DNA of 64,000 nt from Planctomycetota bacterium (GCA_026184295.1 JAHCJK010000002.1:10946-74945); one strand, 5' to 3'. Positions 31,470-41,870 are shown, numbered from the stretch's first letter. The notes: generated by a model from the sequence alone, not told the origin. Made by a program: numbers and translations.

Positions 31470-32210
31470 TTAGGGCGCCTCGTTGAGCTTGGAGGGCGAG
31501 ACGGCGAGTTCGTGGAGGTCGAAGTTCTGCCGGGGCTCGGGCGGTTCGCCTTCGCAGGAGAAGGAATCCGTGCCGAGTTCGATCTCCTGCGAGGCGATGA
31601 GGCCGTACGCGGAGACCGGATCGCCGAGGGCCTTCGTGACGCCGATGCGGTGCCAGTCGCCCGCGCGGGCGATGTAGAGGCCGTAATTCCGCACGAAGAC
31701 GAGCGCGCCGGCCGCGGGCGTGTAGCCGGTCAGCATGGCGCCGAGGCCGGTGAGGGTCTCGGCTTCCTTGGAGCCGTGGTCGATGCGGATCGGCTGGCTG
31801 AAGACGGGGACGACGACGTTCTCGGCATGGTATTCGAAGTGCCAGCGTTCGAAGCGCCGCCCGCCGCCGCGGACGTAGATGTCGGCGTCGAGGAGGTAGC
31901 GCGAGAAGGTATAGGCCCGGCGCCAGCGGTTTCCGGCCGTCGCGTTGGGGTTGAAATCCCAAATGCCGTTCTCGGTCTCGGCTGACTGCTTCCAGACGAG
32001 GACGCGGCAACGGCCGTTCGCCGCGTGGACGGTCGCGCAGCTAAGGGCGTCGAAGGGATTGTTCGTGTCGGGCGCGTCGGGAAAGTTCGTGTCGTCCCAG
32101 GTGGCCAGGTCGCAGACGATGCGCAGCGGTTTCGGGCGCGTGTTCGGATTGTTCCGAAGACGCGCGTCGAACTGCGCCGTGTAGGTATGCTGGGACTCGG
32201 ACCGGAACAT
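31470..32210 (-). CDS. phage hypothetical protein (246 aa)
   Basis: Starts 2 nt after stop of 720-aa gene. Trimmed from ORF 31470..32618. Confidence 0.5.
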   Translation of the reverse strand: MFRSESQHTYTAQFDARLRNNPNTRPKPLRIVCDLATWDDTNFPDAPDTNNPFDALSCATVHAANGRCRVLVWKQSAETENGIWDFNPNATAGNRWRRAYTFSRYLLDADIYVRGGGRRFERWHFEYHAENVVVPVFSQPIRIDHGSKEAETLTGLGAMLTGYTPAAGALVFVRNYGLYIARAGDWHRIGVTKALGDPVSAYGLIASQEIELGTDSFSCEGEPPEPRQNFDLHELAVSPSKLNEAP

Positions 32211-32212
32211 GT

Positions 32213-34375
32213 TCACCCACAAATCAAGGCGGTGCGCGGAACGTCGGGTTCGTACCGAACGTCGGTCAGGCGGCGGTTGACGGGGTACGAGCCCGCCGCG
32301 CCCTGGAACTTGATCGAACCGAGCATCATGCCGGCGCGGAATTCCGGCCGTATGCCCGGGAGGTACCACTTGCTGCGCTTGATGATCGCGGCCTTGTCGG
32401 CGAGACGGCGCGCGCAGTGCCCGCCGATGCCCGCCTGGTCTGAAAGGAGGACGCGGGTCTTGGCCTCGTTGCCCATCGGGACGCTCTTGACCTGATGCTG
32501 TTCGCGGAAGCCATCGGGCGAAAGAATGTTGAACTGGAGGCCGACGCGGTTCTTGCGATCGCTGAGGCTCGAATCGACTTCGCCGGCGACGTTGTTCGCG
32601 TCGAAGGCGTCGTCCCAAAAGATGTCCCGGTGCGCGAGGATGCGATGGTCGTGCAGGACCACGGCGTTCAACTTCAAGCGCTTGAGCGCGACGTCGTCGG
32701 GATCGACGAAAAAGCTGCCCGTGTAGATCAGGTTCGTCGGATCGCCCTGTTCGTCGGTAAGGCCGTCGAGGTACAGCAGGCCGTCCGCCTGGATGCGCAG
32801 GCCGTTGTTGTACGGGGCATCGTGGTACTCGCCGCCGTTCTCGTCCTCGCTTAGGCGCAGGCGGACGGGCCAGTTCATGCGGCCGCGCTTCTCGCCGTCC
32901 TCTTCGAAGAACGGCTGAACCTGTTCTTCCTCAATCGAGCGGCTGACGCCCAAGAGCGGATAGCGGTCGTTGGGGAAGCGGGTCTTCACGCCTTCCATGA
33001 GCAGCTTGAGGGAAGCGCCGCCGGCCGTGTTGTCGGCCGTGGGCTGGATCATGAAGGCGCGGAAGGGGCGCGGGAGACACTGGCGCGCGAACTGAAGGGC
33101 CTCGGGCGTTTTGGCGCGGATCGCCGGGCGCCCGCCCGTTCCGTCGAACGTGAGCCACTTCGTGGGTTCGGAGACGCCGGCCAGAACGTCTTCGGGGCGT
33201 TCGGGGCCCTGCATCCAGGTCCCGTCGCCGGCGATGATGAAGACGAAGGCCTGTTCTTCGACGTCGGTCCACGCTGGGATGAGCGTGCTGCTGTCCGGGT
33301 TTCCGTTCCAAACGAGTTCGAGTTCGATCTCGATGCAGCCGCCTTCGACGACGACGCCCGTCGCGAACTCCGAGGCGTCGCCTTCGGCCTCGAAGTCGTA
33401 GACGGTCTTTACGTCGGCGACGGCGCCCGAGCGCTGCAGAGGCAGATGCACGAGCCCCGTGTCGCCGACGTAGGTCCCGCTCTCGGCCGGGGCGCGCATG
33501 TGGAAGGAGATCACGGTCTTTCCGCCCGCGTACGTGGCGTGGAGGCCGTAGTCGCAGCCGATGTCGAGGGTCTTGATCAGCGCGCCGAAGAGGCGTTCGC
33601 CGTAAAAGGGCGTGTCCGGCATCTTCATGCGCATGCGGCTGGCCGGCGCGAAGCTCGGCGCGGGCCAGGAGAGCTTGTTCGTGTCCATCTTGACCCATTC
33701 GGGATTGACGCCGTCGCCCGGGTTGAAGAGCGCGCGGAGGCGCAGGTACGAGATGTACCGTTCGGGCGTCCAGTCCGTGGCGACGCCGATCTCCGGATTC
33801 TGCTGGTCCGCGTCGAGCCATTCGCCGTTGGTGCCGACTTCGGCGAGTTTGGTGTAGGCGTAGAAACTTCCATCGATCCCGGTCACGGAAACCTTGCAGC
33901 AGTTCCGGTAGCCGCGCGGATTGACGCGGTCGAGGTAGCGCGGCGCGAAGCGCACGGCCTGCGCGTACGGGTCCCACACGAGCGCGCCGCGCATGGGAAT
34001 GCCCATGAGGAGGCGGAGATCGCTCTTGTAGGTCAGGTGGATTGCGTTGGCCGTGCCCATTTCGCGGCGCTTCTGCAGGTTGCCGATGAACTTGGTCTCG
34101 CCGTTCATGGTGATCTGGACGCGCGAGAAATACTTGAGGTTCTTCGAGGAGGCGTAGCTGTCCGGCTTGAGCGTGATCGGGCCGCGTTCGTCGTTGCCGG
34201 CGATGTTGCGGATGGAGATCAGGGCCGAGGAGAGCACTTCGTCCACGCTGTCCTGGAGGACTTTGACTTCCGCCCAATCGAAGGCCGCGGCGCCGTCGCC
34301 CAGGCTGGAGACGACGGGCACGACGCGCGGGACTTCGAGCTTGGGGGACGTTTCGACGACGCCGAAGGCGGGCAT
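32213..34375 (-). CDS. phage virion structural protein (720 aa; tail/ejection or spike-like)
   Basis: Large low-Arg, Asp/Gly/Thr-rich protein typical of tail/baseplate proteins; position after fiber genes. Confidence 0.55.
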   Translation of the reverse strand: MPAFGVVETSPKLEVPRVVPVVSSLGDGAAAFDWAEVKVLQDSVDEVLSSALISIRNIAGNDERGPITLKPDSYASSKNLKYFSRVQITMNGETKFIGNLQKRREMGTANAIHLTYKSDLRLLMGIPMRGALVWDPYAQAVRFAPRYLDRVNPRGYRNCCKVSVTGIDGSFYAYTKLAEVGTNGEWLDADQQNPEIGVATDWTPERYISYLRLRALFNPGDGVNPEWVKMDTNKLSWPAPSFAPASRMRMKMPDTPFYGERLFGALIKTLDIGCDYGLHATYAGGKTVISFHMRAPAESGTYVGDTGLVHLPLQRSGAVADVKTVYDFEAEGDASEFATGVVVEGGCIEIELELVWNGNPDSSTLIPAWTDVEEQAFVFIIAGDGTWMQGPERPEDVLAGVSEPTKWLTFDGTGGRPAIRAKTPEALQFARQCLPRPFRAFMIQPTADNTAGGASLKLLMEGVKTRFPNDRYPLLGVSRSIEEEQVQPFFEEDGEKRGRMNWPVRLRLSEDENGGEYHDAPYNNGLRIQADGLLYLDGLTDEQGDPTNLIYTGSFFVDPDDVALKRLKLNAVVLHDHRILAHRDIFWDDAFDANNVAGEVDSSLSDRKNRVGLQFNILSPDGFREQHQVKSVPMGNEAKTRVLLSDQAGIGGHCARRLADKAAIIKRSKWYLPGIRPEFRAGMMLGSIKFQGAAGSYPVNRRLTDVRYEPDVPRTALICG

Positions 34376-34482
34376 CTATTCCTCATCCTGGTAGGCGTAA
34401 TAGAACATGGAGAGCCCGGCCGTGAAGGGCGCGAGCAGGAGCGCTTGCCAAAGACGGAGGCGCGGCAGCCGGTGCCAGGGCA

Positions 34483-34737
34483 TTACATAAATCTCCAGTA
34501 ATCGAACCAACCACTGATCACCTGGCCAAACCACTCCAAGAGCGCGCCGATGTTCACTTTTGAAAACAGCCAGGAGAGCGGTGGAATCCAAATAAGAACG
34601 GTTCCGCCAACTGCGCATCCGTATCCAATAGGAAACCCTTCGATGCCGAAGAACCTAATCATCATGAACGCAAGAAGTGCGCCCGCTCCTGCGAACAATG
34701 CCGAGATAAACAGCGCGAACCAAAAGACATCCTTCAT
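34483..34737 (-). CDS. small membrane protein (holin-like, 84 aa), low GC
   Basis: Two to three TM helices, locally AT-richer DNA. Overlaps second small membrane ORF 34376..34618. Confidence 0.4.
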   Translation of the reverse strand: MKDVFWFALFISALFAGAGALLAFMMIRFFGIEGFPIGYGCAVGGTVLIWIPPLSWLFSKVNIGALLEWFGQVISGWFDYWRFM

Positions 34738-34740
34738 GCA

Positions 34741-36333
34741 TCAAATCCTCGCAAGTTCGGCCGTGACGTTCTCCGCGGCGGGCGCGTCCTCGTCGGAGAC
34801 GAAGACTTCGATTTCCACGATGCGCGCCGGGTCGCTTTGGGTGCCGTCCTCGGTCGCGGCCAGGAGCCCCACGATCCAACGTCCATTCGAGGGGAGTTCG
34901 GCCTCCAGTTCGGCGTACTTGACCGGCCCGATGGCCTGTTGAAGGTTCTGTTGGCCGGCCGGCGCCGAGAAGTCGTGCGAGCCGCCGCCGCCGTAGAATC
35001 CCGTCTTGGTCCGGTAGAAGAGCTGAAGCGCGACGGCCTGGCCGAGTTCGCGCGTGCTGTCGTAGGTTCCGCGCAGCGAGAGCGTGCGGCCGTCTTCGAC
35101 CCGGACGGAAGGGCGCGAGATTCCGGGCGGGTTGGGGCGAAGCCCGACGACGTCGCCGGCGGCGTCGTATTCGATCTCCAGGACGGCGAGGTTGCGTTCC
35201 TCGACGCCGTCCTTGACCGCGCGAACGATGGCGCGCGCGACGCCCGGGTATCCGGCGATGGCGGGCAACTGCACGGAATCGGCGTCGAAGACGGTTCCAG
35301 CCGGGTCGGGGTCGTTGAGGTTCAGTTCGCCGCCGATCTCCTGGAGGTACAGGCGGTGCGTGGCGCCCGGCGTCGGCGAGGGCGAAAAGCCGAGGATCGT
35401 CGCGGCGGCGTCCCCGCCGATAAACATGACGTCCGCGGGCGCGGCCGGCGCGGCGAGGACGGAGACTTCAAGCGAAGCGGATTCCGTGCCGAGATCGCCG
35501 GTGTCGGAGACGGGGCGCGTCGCGTACCAGTAGTCGCCGGAATCGAGGTCCGCGGGTTCGGTCCAGCGCGCGGTGTTCTTTCCTTCGAACGGAACCGTAT
35601 CGACGACTTCGGCGGGCGGGTCCTCGGTGTCGCGGAGGATCTGCATTTCCCGCGGCCAGCGGAAGTCGAGGGTCGCGTCCGCGACGGCCGCGACGGTGTT
35701 CGAGACCAGCACCGAGCCCGCGACGCCGGAGCCGTTGCGCTGCGCGAGGGTGACGGTGAAGGGCGTCCCGCCAATCGCGGCCGTGCCCGCGGCGATCTCG
35801 TATCCGCCCTTGTGAACGGTGACCGTCGCGTTCCCGCCGTCGATCTCGATGTCGAAGTCGAGTTGTCCCCAGGTCGGGAAGCCTTCGACGAAGCGGCAGT
35901 TCCGTCCCTGCACGAGGCCGCTGAGCGACCACGCGGACGTGTAGCCGCCGTCGCCTTCGGGCGGGATGTCGAAGGCCGGTTTGAAATCGAACTGCACGGA
36001 GACGCGCCGGTTCTCGACGGCCTCGTAGACGGCCGCGACGCGTTCGATCCGATAGGCCGGGTCGGAGCAGTGGCCGTGCCGCAGGGCCACGACGGAGACG
36101 CTGGAAGCGGCCCAGGGGATCGGCACGCGCGCGACGGCCGTTTCCCCTTCCTCGACGTACACGCTGAACAGCAGGCGCGCGTTGCGGTAGATGCCGAACC
36201 AGGCGTTGCCCAGGCCGGCGCGCGGCGTGAAGAAATACAGCACGTCGGTGTTCGCTTCGTTCCGCTCCATGCGGGCGAAGACGTGGTTGTCGGGCGAACC
36301 GTAGCCCGCGCCGTAGGGCGAACCGTAGCGCAT
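34741..36333 (-). CDS. phage tail fiber / structural protein with Ig/FN3-like repeats (530 aa)
   Basis: Gly/Thr/Ala/Val-rich beta-rich composition. Adjacent to fiber paralog. Confidence 0.6.
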   Translation of the reverse strand: MRYGSPYGAGYGSPDNHVFARMERNEANTDVLYFFTPRAGLGNAWFGIYRNARLLFSVYVEEGETAVARVPIPWAASSVSVVALRHGHCSDPAYRIERVAAVYEAVENRRVSVQFDFKPAFDIPPEGDGGYTSAWSLSGLVQGRNCRFVEGFPTWGQLDFDIEIDGGNATVTVHKGGYEIAAGTAAIGGTPFTVTLAQRNGSGVAGSVLVSNTVAAVADATLDFRWPREMQILRDTEDPPAEVVDTVPFEGKNTARWTEPADLDSGDYWYATRPVSDTGDLGTESASLEVSVLAAPAAPADVMFIGGDAAATILGFSPSPTPGATHRLYLQEIGGELNLNDPDPAGTVFDADSVQLPAIAGYPGVARAIVRAVKDGVEERNLAVLEIEYDAAGDVVGLRPNPPGISRPSVRVEDGRTLSLRGTYDSTRELGQAVALQLFYRTKTGFYGGGGSHDFSAPAGQQNLQQAIGPVKYAELEAELPSNGRWIVGLLAATEDGTQSDPARIVEIEVFVSDEDAPAAENVTAELARI

Positions 36334-36340
36334 GGATTGT

Positions 36341-37615
36341 TTACCAGCCCGTGGACCAGACGCGGTAGGTGACCTTCACGCGGAGCACGCTGTCGTTCGC
36401 GGCGTTGCCGGCGATCTCGGCGCCGCCGGTGTTGTGGAGGACGAGGGCCTTGTTCTCGGAGCCGGACTTCGGGGCGATGGCGTCGAGCTTCGCGCGCGCG
36501 CTGGTTTGCGTATCGACGCTTTGATCGATGAAGCCCGTCGTCTCGACGGTCTCGGAGACCTGCACGCCGGTGCCGTCGTTGTAGCGGAACCCGAGGTTGT
36601 AGCCGGCTTCGGTGAAGACGTTGCTCCCGTAGTCGAGGAGCAGCGTGGCGCTCACGAATTCGATCACGCGGCCGGCGCCGGGCGCGGGCACCACGGAGAC
36701 GGGCGTCGCGCGCAGCGCCTTGACCTGCGCGCTGGTAAGGGCGATCTCGGCCGTGAACATCAGCCCGAGGGCGATGCGCTGGCCGGGGAAGAACCGGATC
36801 GCGCCCGTCGTCGCGTGCTTCGCAGCGACCACGCCGATCTGCCAGGGAATGCCCGCGGCCGGGGCCGAGAAGGCGAACGCGCCGGCGGTGGCCGAGAGGT
36901 AGACGGGCGAACCGATGGCCGCGGCGCCGCTGGTGTCGAGCCCGCCCACGGTCGCGTGGGGAAAGGCCGTGCCGTTCGCCGCGGTCGCGAGGTCCTCGGC
37001 GACGACGAGCAACGGGGGCTTGGCCGGATCGGCGGCGTCGGCCTTCGAGACGAGGACGCGGTTGAGTTCGAGGATGTTCGCGGCGTCTTCGTCGTCGGCC
37101 GTGTACGCGACGGTGACGGTTCCGGTCACTTCGGAGCCGTCCACGTCGACGAGCGTGATCGAGCCGTCGCCGGTGCGCGTGCCTTCCGCGACGAGTTCGG
37201 TGAGTTCGGGATCGGCGTAGAGCGAGACCGTGCGGTCCCCGCCGGTGTCGGTCAGGGTCCAGTACAGGCGGTCGTAGCGTTCGACGCCGTAGAGCACCCA
37301 GGTGCTCAACTGCGCGGCGCCGTCGCCCTGTTCATCGACCTGCAGGAAGCCGGAGGGATAGACGGGCGTGCCCGCGTCCAGCGTGCCGCCGGTCTGGTTG
37401 CGAACGCGCCAGGCGCCCGGCCCGCCGCGGACGAGGGCGGAGACGTAGCGCATCCAGGAGACCCATTCGTTCGCCTCGGTCGCGGAGAATTCCAAGGAAT
37501 TGTGGGCGTAGACGCCGGCGAGTTTCGAGTCGCTCGCGTCGTCGCGCGCGCGGAAGCGCTGCGATTCGAGGAAGAGCGCGAGGCCGGTGAGCCAGGGGTC
37601 CTGGGCAAGTTCCAT
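36341..37615 (-). CDS. phage tail fiber/tailspike protein, paralog A (conserved C-terminal domain)
   Basis: C-terminal ~150 aa (...KSGSENKALVLHNTG...RVKVTYRVWSTGW) ~65% identical to C-terminus of 46457..47776. Confidence 0.65.
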   Translation of the reverse strand: MELAQDPWLTGLALFLESQRFRARDDASDSKLAGVYAHNSLEFSATEANEWVSWMRYVSALVRGGPGAWRVRNQTGGTLDAGTPVYPSGFLQVDEQGDGAAQLSTWVLYGVERYDRLYWTLTDTGGDRTVSLYADPELTELVAEGTRTGDGSITLVDVDGSEVTGTVTVAYTADDEDAANILELNRVLVSKADAADPAKPPLLVVAEDLATAANGTAFPHATVGGLDTSGAAAIGSPVYLSATAGAFAFSAPAAGIPWQIGVVAAKHATTGAIRFFPGQRIALGLMFTAEIALTSAQVKALRATPVSVVPAPGAGRVIEFVSATLLLDYGSNVFTEAGYNLGFRYNDGTGVQVSETVETTGFIDQSVDTQTSARAKLDAIAPKSGSENKALVLHNTGGAEIAGNAANDSVLRVKVTYRVWSTGW

Positions 37616-38032
37616 TTACGAACTCCCGTCGTCGGAAGTGAAGATGGCGATGACATCGAAAAAGGCCTGGCCCGCGGCGCGGTTCGTCGGAAGCGGATCG
37701 CTGAGCTTGACCATCGCGCCCGGATCGAGACGGCAGCGCAGGAAGTTCTTGCCCGCGTACGCAATCGTGCCGGACGTCGTCTTCCACGCGGCCTTGTCGG
37801 CTTCGAACATCGCCTCGGCCGCGTTGACCGAGTCCCCTACGTAACGAACGATGCAGACGATCTTGCAGCCGCTTTCGCCGCCGCTGGCCAGAAGATTCCC
37901 GATGGTCCCGTACGGGTGGTAACGCGTGAGGAGATCGGCCTGGCTGCCGGGGCGGCAAGTCATGGCCTGGCGCCCGCTGGTGGCGGAGAGTTCCCCGAAG
38001 GAGGTGCCGAGGATCGAGAACTGAATGCCCAT
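37616..38032 (-). CDS. phage hypothetical protein (138 aa)
   Basis: Abuts fiber gene (stop/start adjacent). Confidence 0.45.
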   Translation of the reverse strand: MGIQFSILGTSFGELSATSGRQAMTCRPGSQADLLTRYHPYGTIGNLLASGGESGCKIVCIVRYVGDSVNAAEAMFEADKAAWKTTSGTIAYAGKNFLRCRLDPGAMVKLSDPLPTNRAAGQAFFDVIAIFTSDDGSS

Positions 38033-38033
38033 G

Positions 38034-38951
38034 CTAGTTCGTGTTCCATTGCTGGGTGCGGAGGACGTCGCGTTTCTCGGCCGCGTTCAGCACGGCTTCG
38101 GTCTCGCGGTAGCGCGCGTATTCGATGGGATGGTCGGCGAGGTATTCGCTGTTGGCCTGCTTGTCCTTCTTGAACTGGTCTACGCGGCCGGCGGCGGCGG
38201 TGATCCAGCCGCGGCCTTCGGGCGTTTGCGCGAGTTCCGGGAGAAAGCGGCGCATGCTGCCGGGCGTCGGCCGGACGATGTTTCCGTCGTTGTAGTTGGC
38301 GAGGATCGCGGCAGCGATGCCGGGGTTTTCGATCAGGGTCGCGGCGTCGCGCGCGCTCTGTTCGGCCAGCTTGCGCGTGATCAGGAGACGTTCCTCGAAG
38401 CTCCCGCCGATCCGCCCCGGGTCGAACGACTGGATGTAATCCTTGACGTTCACGTCGGCCTTGAAAACCTGTTTGATCGTGCGCTCGGCGGCTTTGTCGG
38501 CGTCGAAGAGTTCCTTGAGGTTCTTCCCGGAGATCACGTCGTTCGTGCGCTCCGCGATCTTGATGTACGCGGCGACGAACGGCGCGGCCTCGACGCCGAG
38601 ACCGAGGGCTTTCGCGAAGAGGCTGTTGTCCTTGACGCCGAAGGCGGTGCCCGCGAGTTCGCCGGCGCCGAGGACGTTGCGGAAGGAAATCTCGCCGTTG
38701 AGCAGGTCGGAAACGTCCTTCAGGTTCCCGATGATCTCGCGCGCGTTGCCCGTTCCGATGACGCTGCCCGAGCGCGTGCCGGCCAGGAAGCTCGTTGCCG
38801 TCGCCTTGGCCTTGGAGAGCCGGTATTCGAGCAACTGAGCGCGGTACTCCGCGTGCACCAGGATTTTCTCCTGTTCGCGAAGTTCGTTTGTGATCTGGCG
38901 GTTCTTGCGTTCGAGTTCGTCCGCCGTTCCAAGCTCGACATCCAGGTCCAC
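38034..38951 (-). CDS. phage hypothetical protein (305 aa)
   Basis: Clean composition, N-terminal coiled coil. Confidence 0.55.
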   Translation of the reverse strand: MDLDVELGTADELERKNRQITNELREQEKILVHAEYRAQLLEYRLSKAKATATSFLAGTRSGSVIGTGNAREIIGNLKDVSDLLNGEISFRNVLGAGELAGTAFGVKDNSLFAKALGLGVEAAPFVAAYIKIAERTNDVISGKNLKELFDADKAAERTIKQVFKADVNVKDYIQSFDPGRIGGSFEERLLITRKLAEQSARDAATLIENPGIAAAILANYNDGNIVRPTPGSMRRFLPELAQTPEGRGWITAAAGRVDQFKKDKQANSEYLADHPIEYARYRETEAVLNAAEKRDVLRTQQWNTN

Positions 38952-38955
38952 GGCC

Positions 38956-39237
38956 TTACCCCTTCGGCTTCCCGCCCGCGATCAGCGCTTCAAGCTGCCG
39001 GTCCGCGGCGGTGTTGGCTTCGATGGCTTCTTCCGGCGTCGGCTGACGCGGCGCCGCGGGCTTCTCCTTCGTCGCGCCCTGCCGCTTGCACCATTGCGCG
39101 AAGCCGATCTTCGGGCGCGGCAGGATGTCGAAGACCTCCGCGACTTCGCGCGCGGTCCACGAATCGTCCGTGCGGATGTTGTTCGCCAGAAGCCAGACGC
39201 GCATGAACCGCAAGGAAAGAAGATCGACGTCGTCCAT
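38956..39237 (-). CDS. phage hypothetical protein (93 aa)
   Basis: Start MDDVDLLSL overlaps stop of upstream 72-aa gene. Confidence 0.4.
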   Translation of the reverse strand: MDDVDLLSLRFMRVWLLANNIRTDDSWTAREVAEVFDILPRPKIGFAQWCKRQGATKEKPAAPRQPTPEEAIEANTAADRQLEALIAGGKPKG

Positions 39238-39455
39238 CAGGCCTCCCGGGGCGGTTCGACGAGCGCGACGTCGGAGCGCTTCACGAACTTGCGTTCGTTG
39301 CCCTTGGGGCCTTTGACGAGGACGGAGCAATCGTTCGCGCCGGGGCCGATACATTCGAAGACGATCTCGCCCGACAGGCCCGCGACCGTTACGGGCTTGC
39401 CGGCGTGTTCGTTACCGACGACAAGGGGCGGCGCGACGTTCTTCTTCCCTGCCAT
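39237..39455 (-). CDS. phage hypothetical protein (72 aa)
   Basis: Compact ORF MAGKKNVAPPLVVGNEHAGKPVTV.... Confidence 0.45.
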   Translation of the reverse strand: MAGKKNVAPPLVVGNEHAGKPVTVAGLSGEIVFECIGPGANDCSVLVKGPKGNERKFVKRSDVALVEPPREA

Positions 39456-39467
39456 GCTGCACCTCCA

Positions 39468-39863
39468 TTAGGAAACGGGGACGGTGACGCCGTCCGTGCT
39501 TTCGGAGACGAAGACAGCCTCTTCCTCGCCCAAGTTGTCCTTGTCCTGGCTGGTCTCGATGCCCATGAAGATGAGCCCGACGAAGTTGCGCGTCTTAGGG
39601 GAACCCTTCGTCTTGTACGTGGCGGATGCGTTGGATTTGGTGCCTATGGAAAGGGACGTGAGATCGCGCAGCGCGACGCGCACTTCCAGTCGCCCGCCCG
39701 TCAGGAAGATCTGCCGCGAGTAGACATCGGCGCCCGCCGCATCCGCGCGCTCCTGAAAGCGCAGGCTCCAGCGCACGCGAACCAGACCGCCGACATCCGC
39801 GCTCCAGGTAATGGCATTCCAAACGAAGGTTTCGGCCCAAATCGTAGTGTTGGGATTGGACAT
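39468..39863 (-). CDS. phage structural protein candidate (131 aa)
   Basis: ATG at 39863 with GAGGA 7 nt upstream. Beta-rich. Confidence 0.5.
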   Translation of the reverse strand: MSNPNTTIWAETFVWNAITWSADVGGLVRVRWSLRFQERADAAGADVYSRQIFLTGGRLEVRVALRDLTSLSIGTKSNASATYKTKGSPKTRNFVGLIFMGIETSQDKDNLGEEEAVFVSESTDGVTVPVS

Positions 39864-39873
39864 GCGATTTCCT

Positions 39874-40482
39874 CTAAATGAGCCCGCGGAGGCTTGCGCC
39901 GTCCGAGATTCGGGCGATGACTTGCGTGATGAGTTGGTCGCGGCGCGCGAACATGGGCGCGAGTTCTTCACGCGAGGCCGGCTGATAGAACGGGCGTACG
40001 CGGTTCAAGCGCGGGGCATAGTCGCTCAGGCTGTTGGACGCGCCGAAACGGAGGCCGCCCCAAAAGGCGTTGGCGCCGGCGACGGACAGGTTGCGGGACT
40101 TCTTCCGATGGCTACCGCCGCCGACGTAGCGCGGGGCCGCGCCGTCGCGGAACTGTTTGACGATCCGGTCGGGCGTGACGATGCGCCGGCCTTTCGTCGC
40201 CGCAGCTTTAAGCAGGCCGGAGCGCTGCAGAATCGGATGGTCGGCGGGGAAGCCGAGGCGCGCGCGCTGGCGGGCCGTGGACTTGGCCAGGCCGCGCCAG
40301 GGTTGGCCGGCCGAAGCGCCCTCGGTATCGAAGCGGCGTTCGATCAGGTCCTCGACCCAGCCCTCCCGCGCGAGCTGCTCGTTGACGCGTTGCGCGAGGG
40401 CGCGCGGATCGCGGAGGTAGCGCAGGGCCGAGTTCGCGCGGCGAAGCTGGCGGATGTAGTTTTCGCGGAGTTCGCCGGGCAT
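39874..40482 (-). CDS. phage hypothetical protein (202 aa)
   Basis: Basic. ATGA-type junction with downstream gene at 40482. Confidence 0.55.
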   Translation of the reverse strand: MPGELRENYIRQLRRANSALRYLRDPRALAQRVNEQLAREGWVEDLIERRFDTEGASAGQPWRGLAKSTARQRARLGFPADHPILQRSGLLKAAATKGRRIVTPDRIVKQFRDGAAPRYVGGGSHRKKSRNLSVAGANAFWGGLRFGASNSLSDYAPRLNRVRPFYQPASREELAPMFARRDQLITQVIARISDGASLRGLI

Positions 40483-40715
40483 TACCTTCGATGCTCCGTA
40501 TAGGTGCCGTCCGCCAGGCCTTCCCGAAACTTGGTGATCTCCCCCAAGATTTTCCGCAGGTTATTCTCCATCTGATTCTTGCAGCGGTAATCGGTGGGAT
40601 AGTTCCGCATGAAATCGCTCAGGTCCTCCCGTACCTGCTTTTCAAGCCGGACCATGCGCTCGTACCATTGAAGCCGCCAGCGGGCGTCTCTTTGCTCGGG
40701 ATGGTCAGCAGGCAT
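40482..40715 (-). CDS. phage hypothetical protein (~77 aa)
   Basis: Start MPADHPEQ chosen inside ORF 40482..40790. Confidence 0.4.
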   Translation of the reverse strand: MPADHPEQRDARWRLQWYERMVRLEKQVREDLSDFMRNYPTDYRCKNQMENNLRKILGEITKFREGLADGTYTEHRR

Positions 40716-40807
40716 ACGGAAGGTCCGTTGGGGGAAAGGGCCGGACGGCTTGGCTTGGCGTGCAAGCCGAGAGACAGGACGTTCGGCCAAGCCGCCCGGC
40801 GTTCCTG

Positions 40808-40816
40808 GATTTAACG
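40808..40816 (-). promoter_or_regulatory. GATTTAACG motif copy (CCTGGATTTAACGTT)
   Basis: Intergenic, ~90 nt upstream of 40715 start. Confidence 0.45.
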
Positions 40817-40843
40817 TTTTCGAAGGGGAAAACGGGGGTTTCG

Positions 40844-41410
40844 CTACGGCGCGGGGATCGGGGGTATCTCGTCGTCGGTCTCTATGGCCTTACGGTAACG
40901 CGCCAACCAGTCCTTTTGAACGTCGAGAGGCAGAATCGCCAACCGCGCGGCGAGGTCCGCGGAGGGCTCGTATTCGGCCGGGACGGGCACGGCCAAAAGT
41001 TCGGAATGCGGGTGCGGCCCGAGGTTCGGGAGATCGTCGGCGTGGTACTCGTCGAAGCCCATCTTGACCGGCGAGGAACCGTCCGGCGTGAAGCCGAAGA
41101 AGGTCTGCGCCTTGAGTTCGCGCGCGAGCGCGTCGGCCGTGCGGCGGAAGAGCGCGCGGAGGTGCGTCTCGAAGGAGGCCTGGAGGTTCCGGCGGGTTTG
41201 CGGGGCCACGTCAAGCCCGGTCGCGTCGGAGATTTCGGCTTCGGTCTTGCGCGTATCGACGGCGGCTTCCAGCGCGTTGCGCGGCTGGCGTACGCTCTCC
41301 GTCAGGTTGCGGGCCATGTTCTCCGCCAGGGCCCGGCCTTCGTCGCCGGCCGCGGCCTCGGCCTCCTTGGCGAAGGATTCCCAATCGAAGTCCTTTAAGG
41401 ATTCGTGCAT
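40844..41410 (-). CDS. phage hypothetical protein (188 aa)
   Basis: Start MHESLKDFDW; acidic. Confidence 0.5.
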   Translation of the reverse strand: MHESLKDFDWESFAKEAEAAAGDEGRALAENMARNLTESVRQPRNALEAAVDTRKTEAEISDATGLDVAPQTRRNLQASFETHLRALFRRTADALARELKAQTFFGFTPDGSSPVKMGFDEYHADDLPNLGPHPHSELLAVPVPAEYEPSADLAARLAILPLDVQKDWLARYRKAIETDDEIPPIPAP

Positions 41411-41414
41411 CTTC

Positions 41415-41858
41415 TTAGGCACGGGGCGAATCCTCCGCCGCGTCCGCGGCCTCGCCAAGCGCCTCGCGAATGCGCTTGATAGCGAGGCGGCGGAGCGCGG
41501 GCGTCATGCCGCCGACGAAGATGCCGGCGCGGTTCCGTTCGCCTTGGATGCCGAAGGTCTGTTCGCCGCGCTGGACCAGCGCGCCGAGGATGCGGTCGGT
41601 CTTGCCGCGGAACTTCCACTTCGCGCGGCGGTGGCCTCGCGCGGAAACGTCCACGCGGCCTTCGCGGTCGAAGGGAATCCGGCCGCGGGCCTCGCGCGCC
41701 AGGGCCACGCGGGAGCGCTGCCGGTCGCGTTCGTGTTCCGCCAGGCGGCGTTCGAACTCTTCGCGCGCCCATGCGAAGAAGGAAGCCTGCGCGGCGCGCC
41801 AGGCGTTGAACCAGGCAAGGGTTTCTTCGACTTGTTCGGGGTCGGGGCGTTCGGCCAA
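41415..41858 (-). CDS. phage hypothetical protein (147 aa, head-tail connector region)
   Basis: Compact gene. 4-nt gap to next gene. Confidence 0.5.
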   Translation of the reverse strand: MAERPDPEQVEETLAWFNAWRAAQASFFAWAREEFERRLAEHERDRQRSRVALAREARGRIPFDREGRVDVSARGHRRAKWKFRGKTDRILGALVQRGEQTFGIQGERNRAGIFVGGMTPALRRLAIKRIREALGEAADAAEDSPRA

Positions 41859-41870
41859 CGGGCGGCTCCT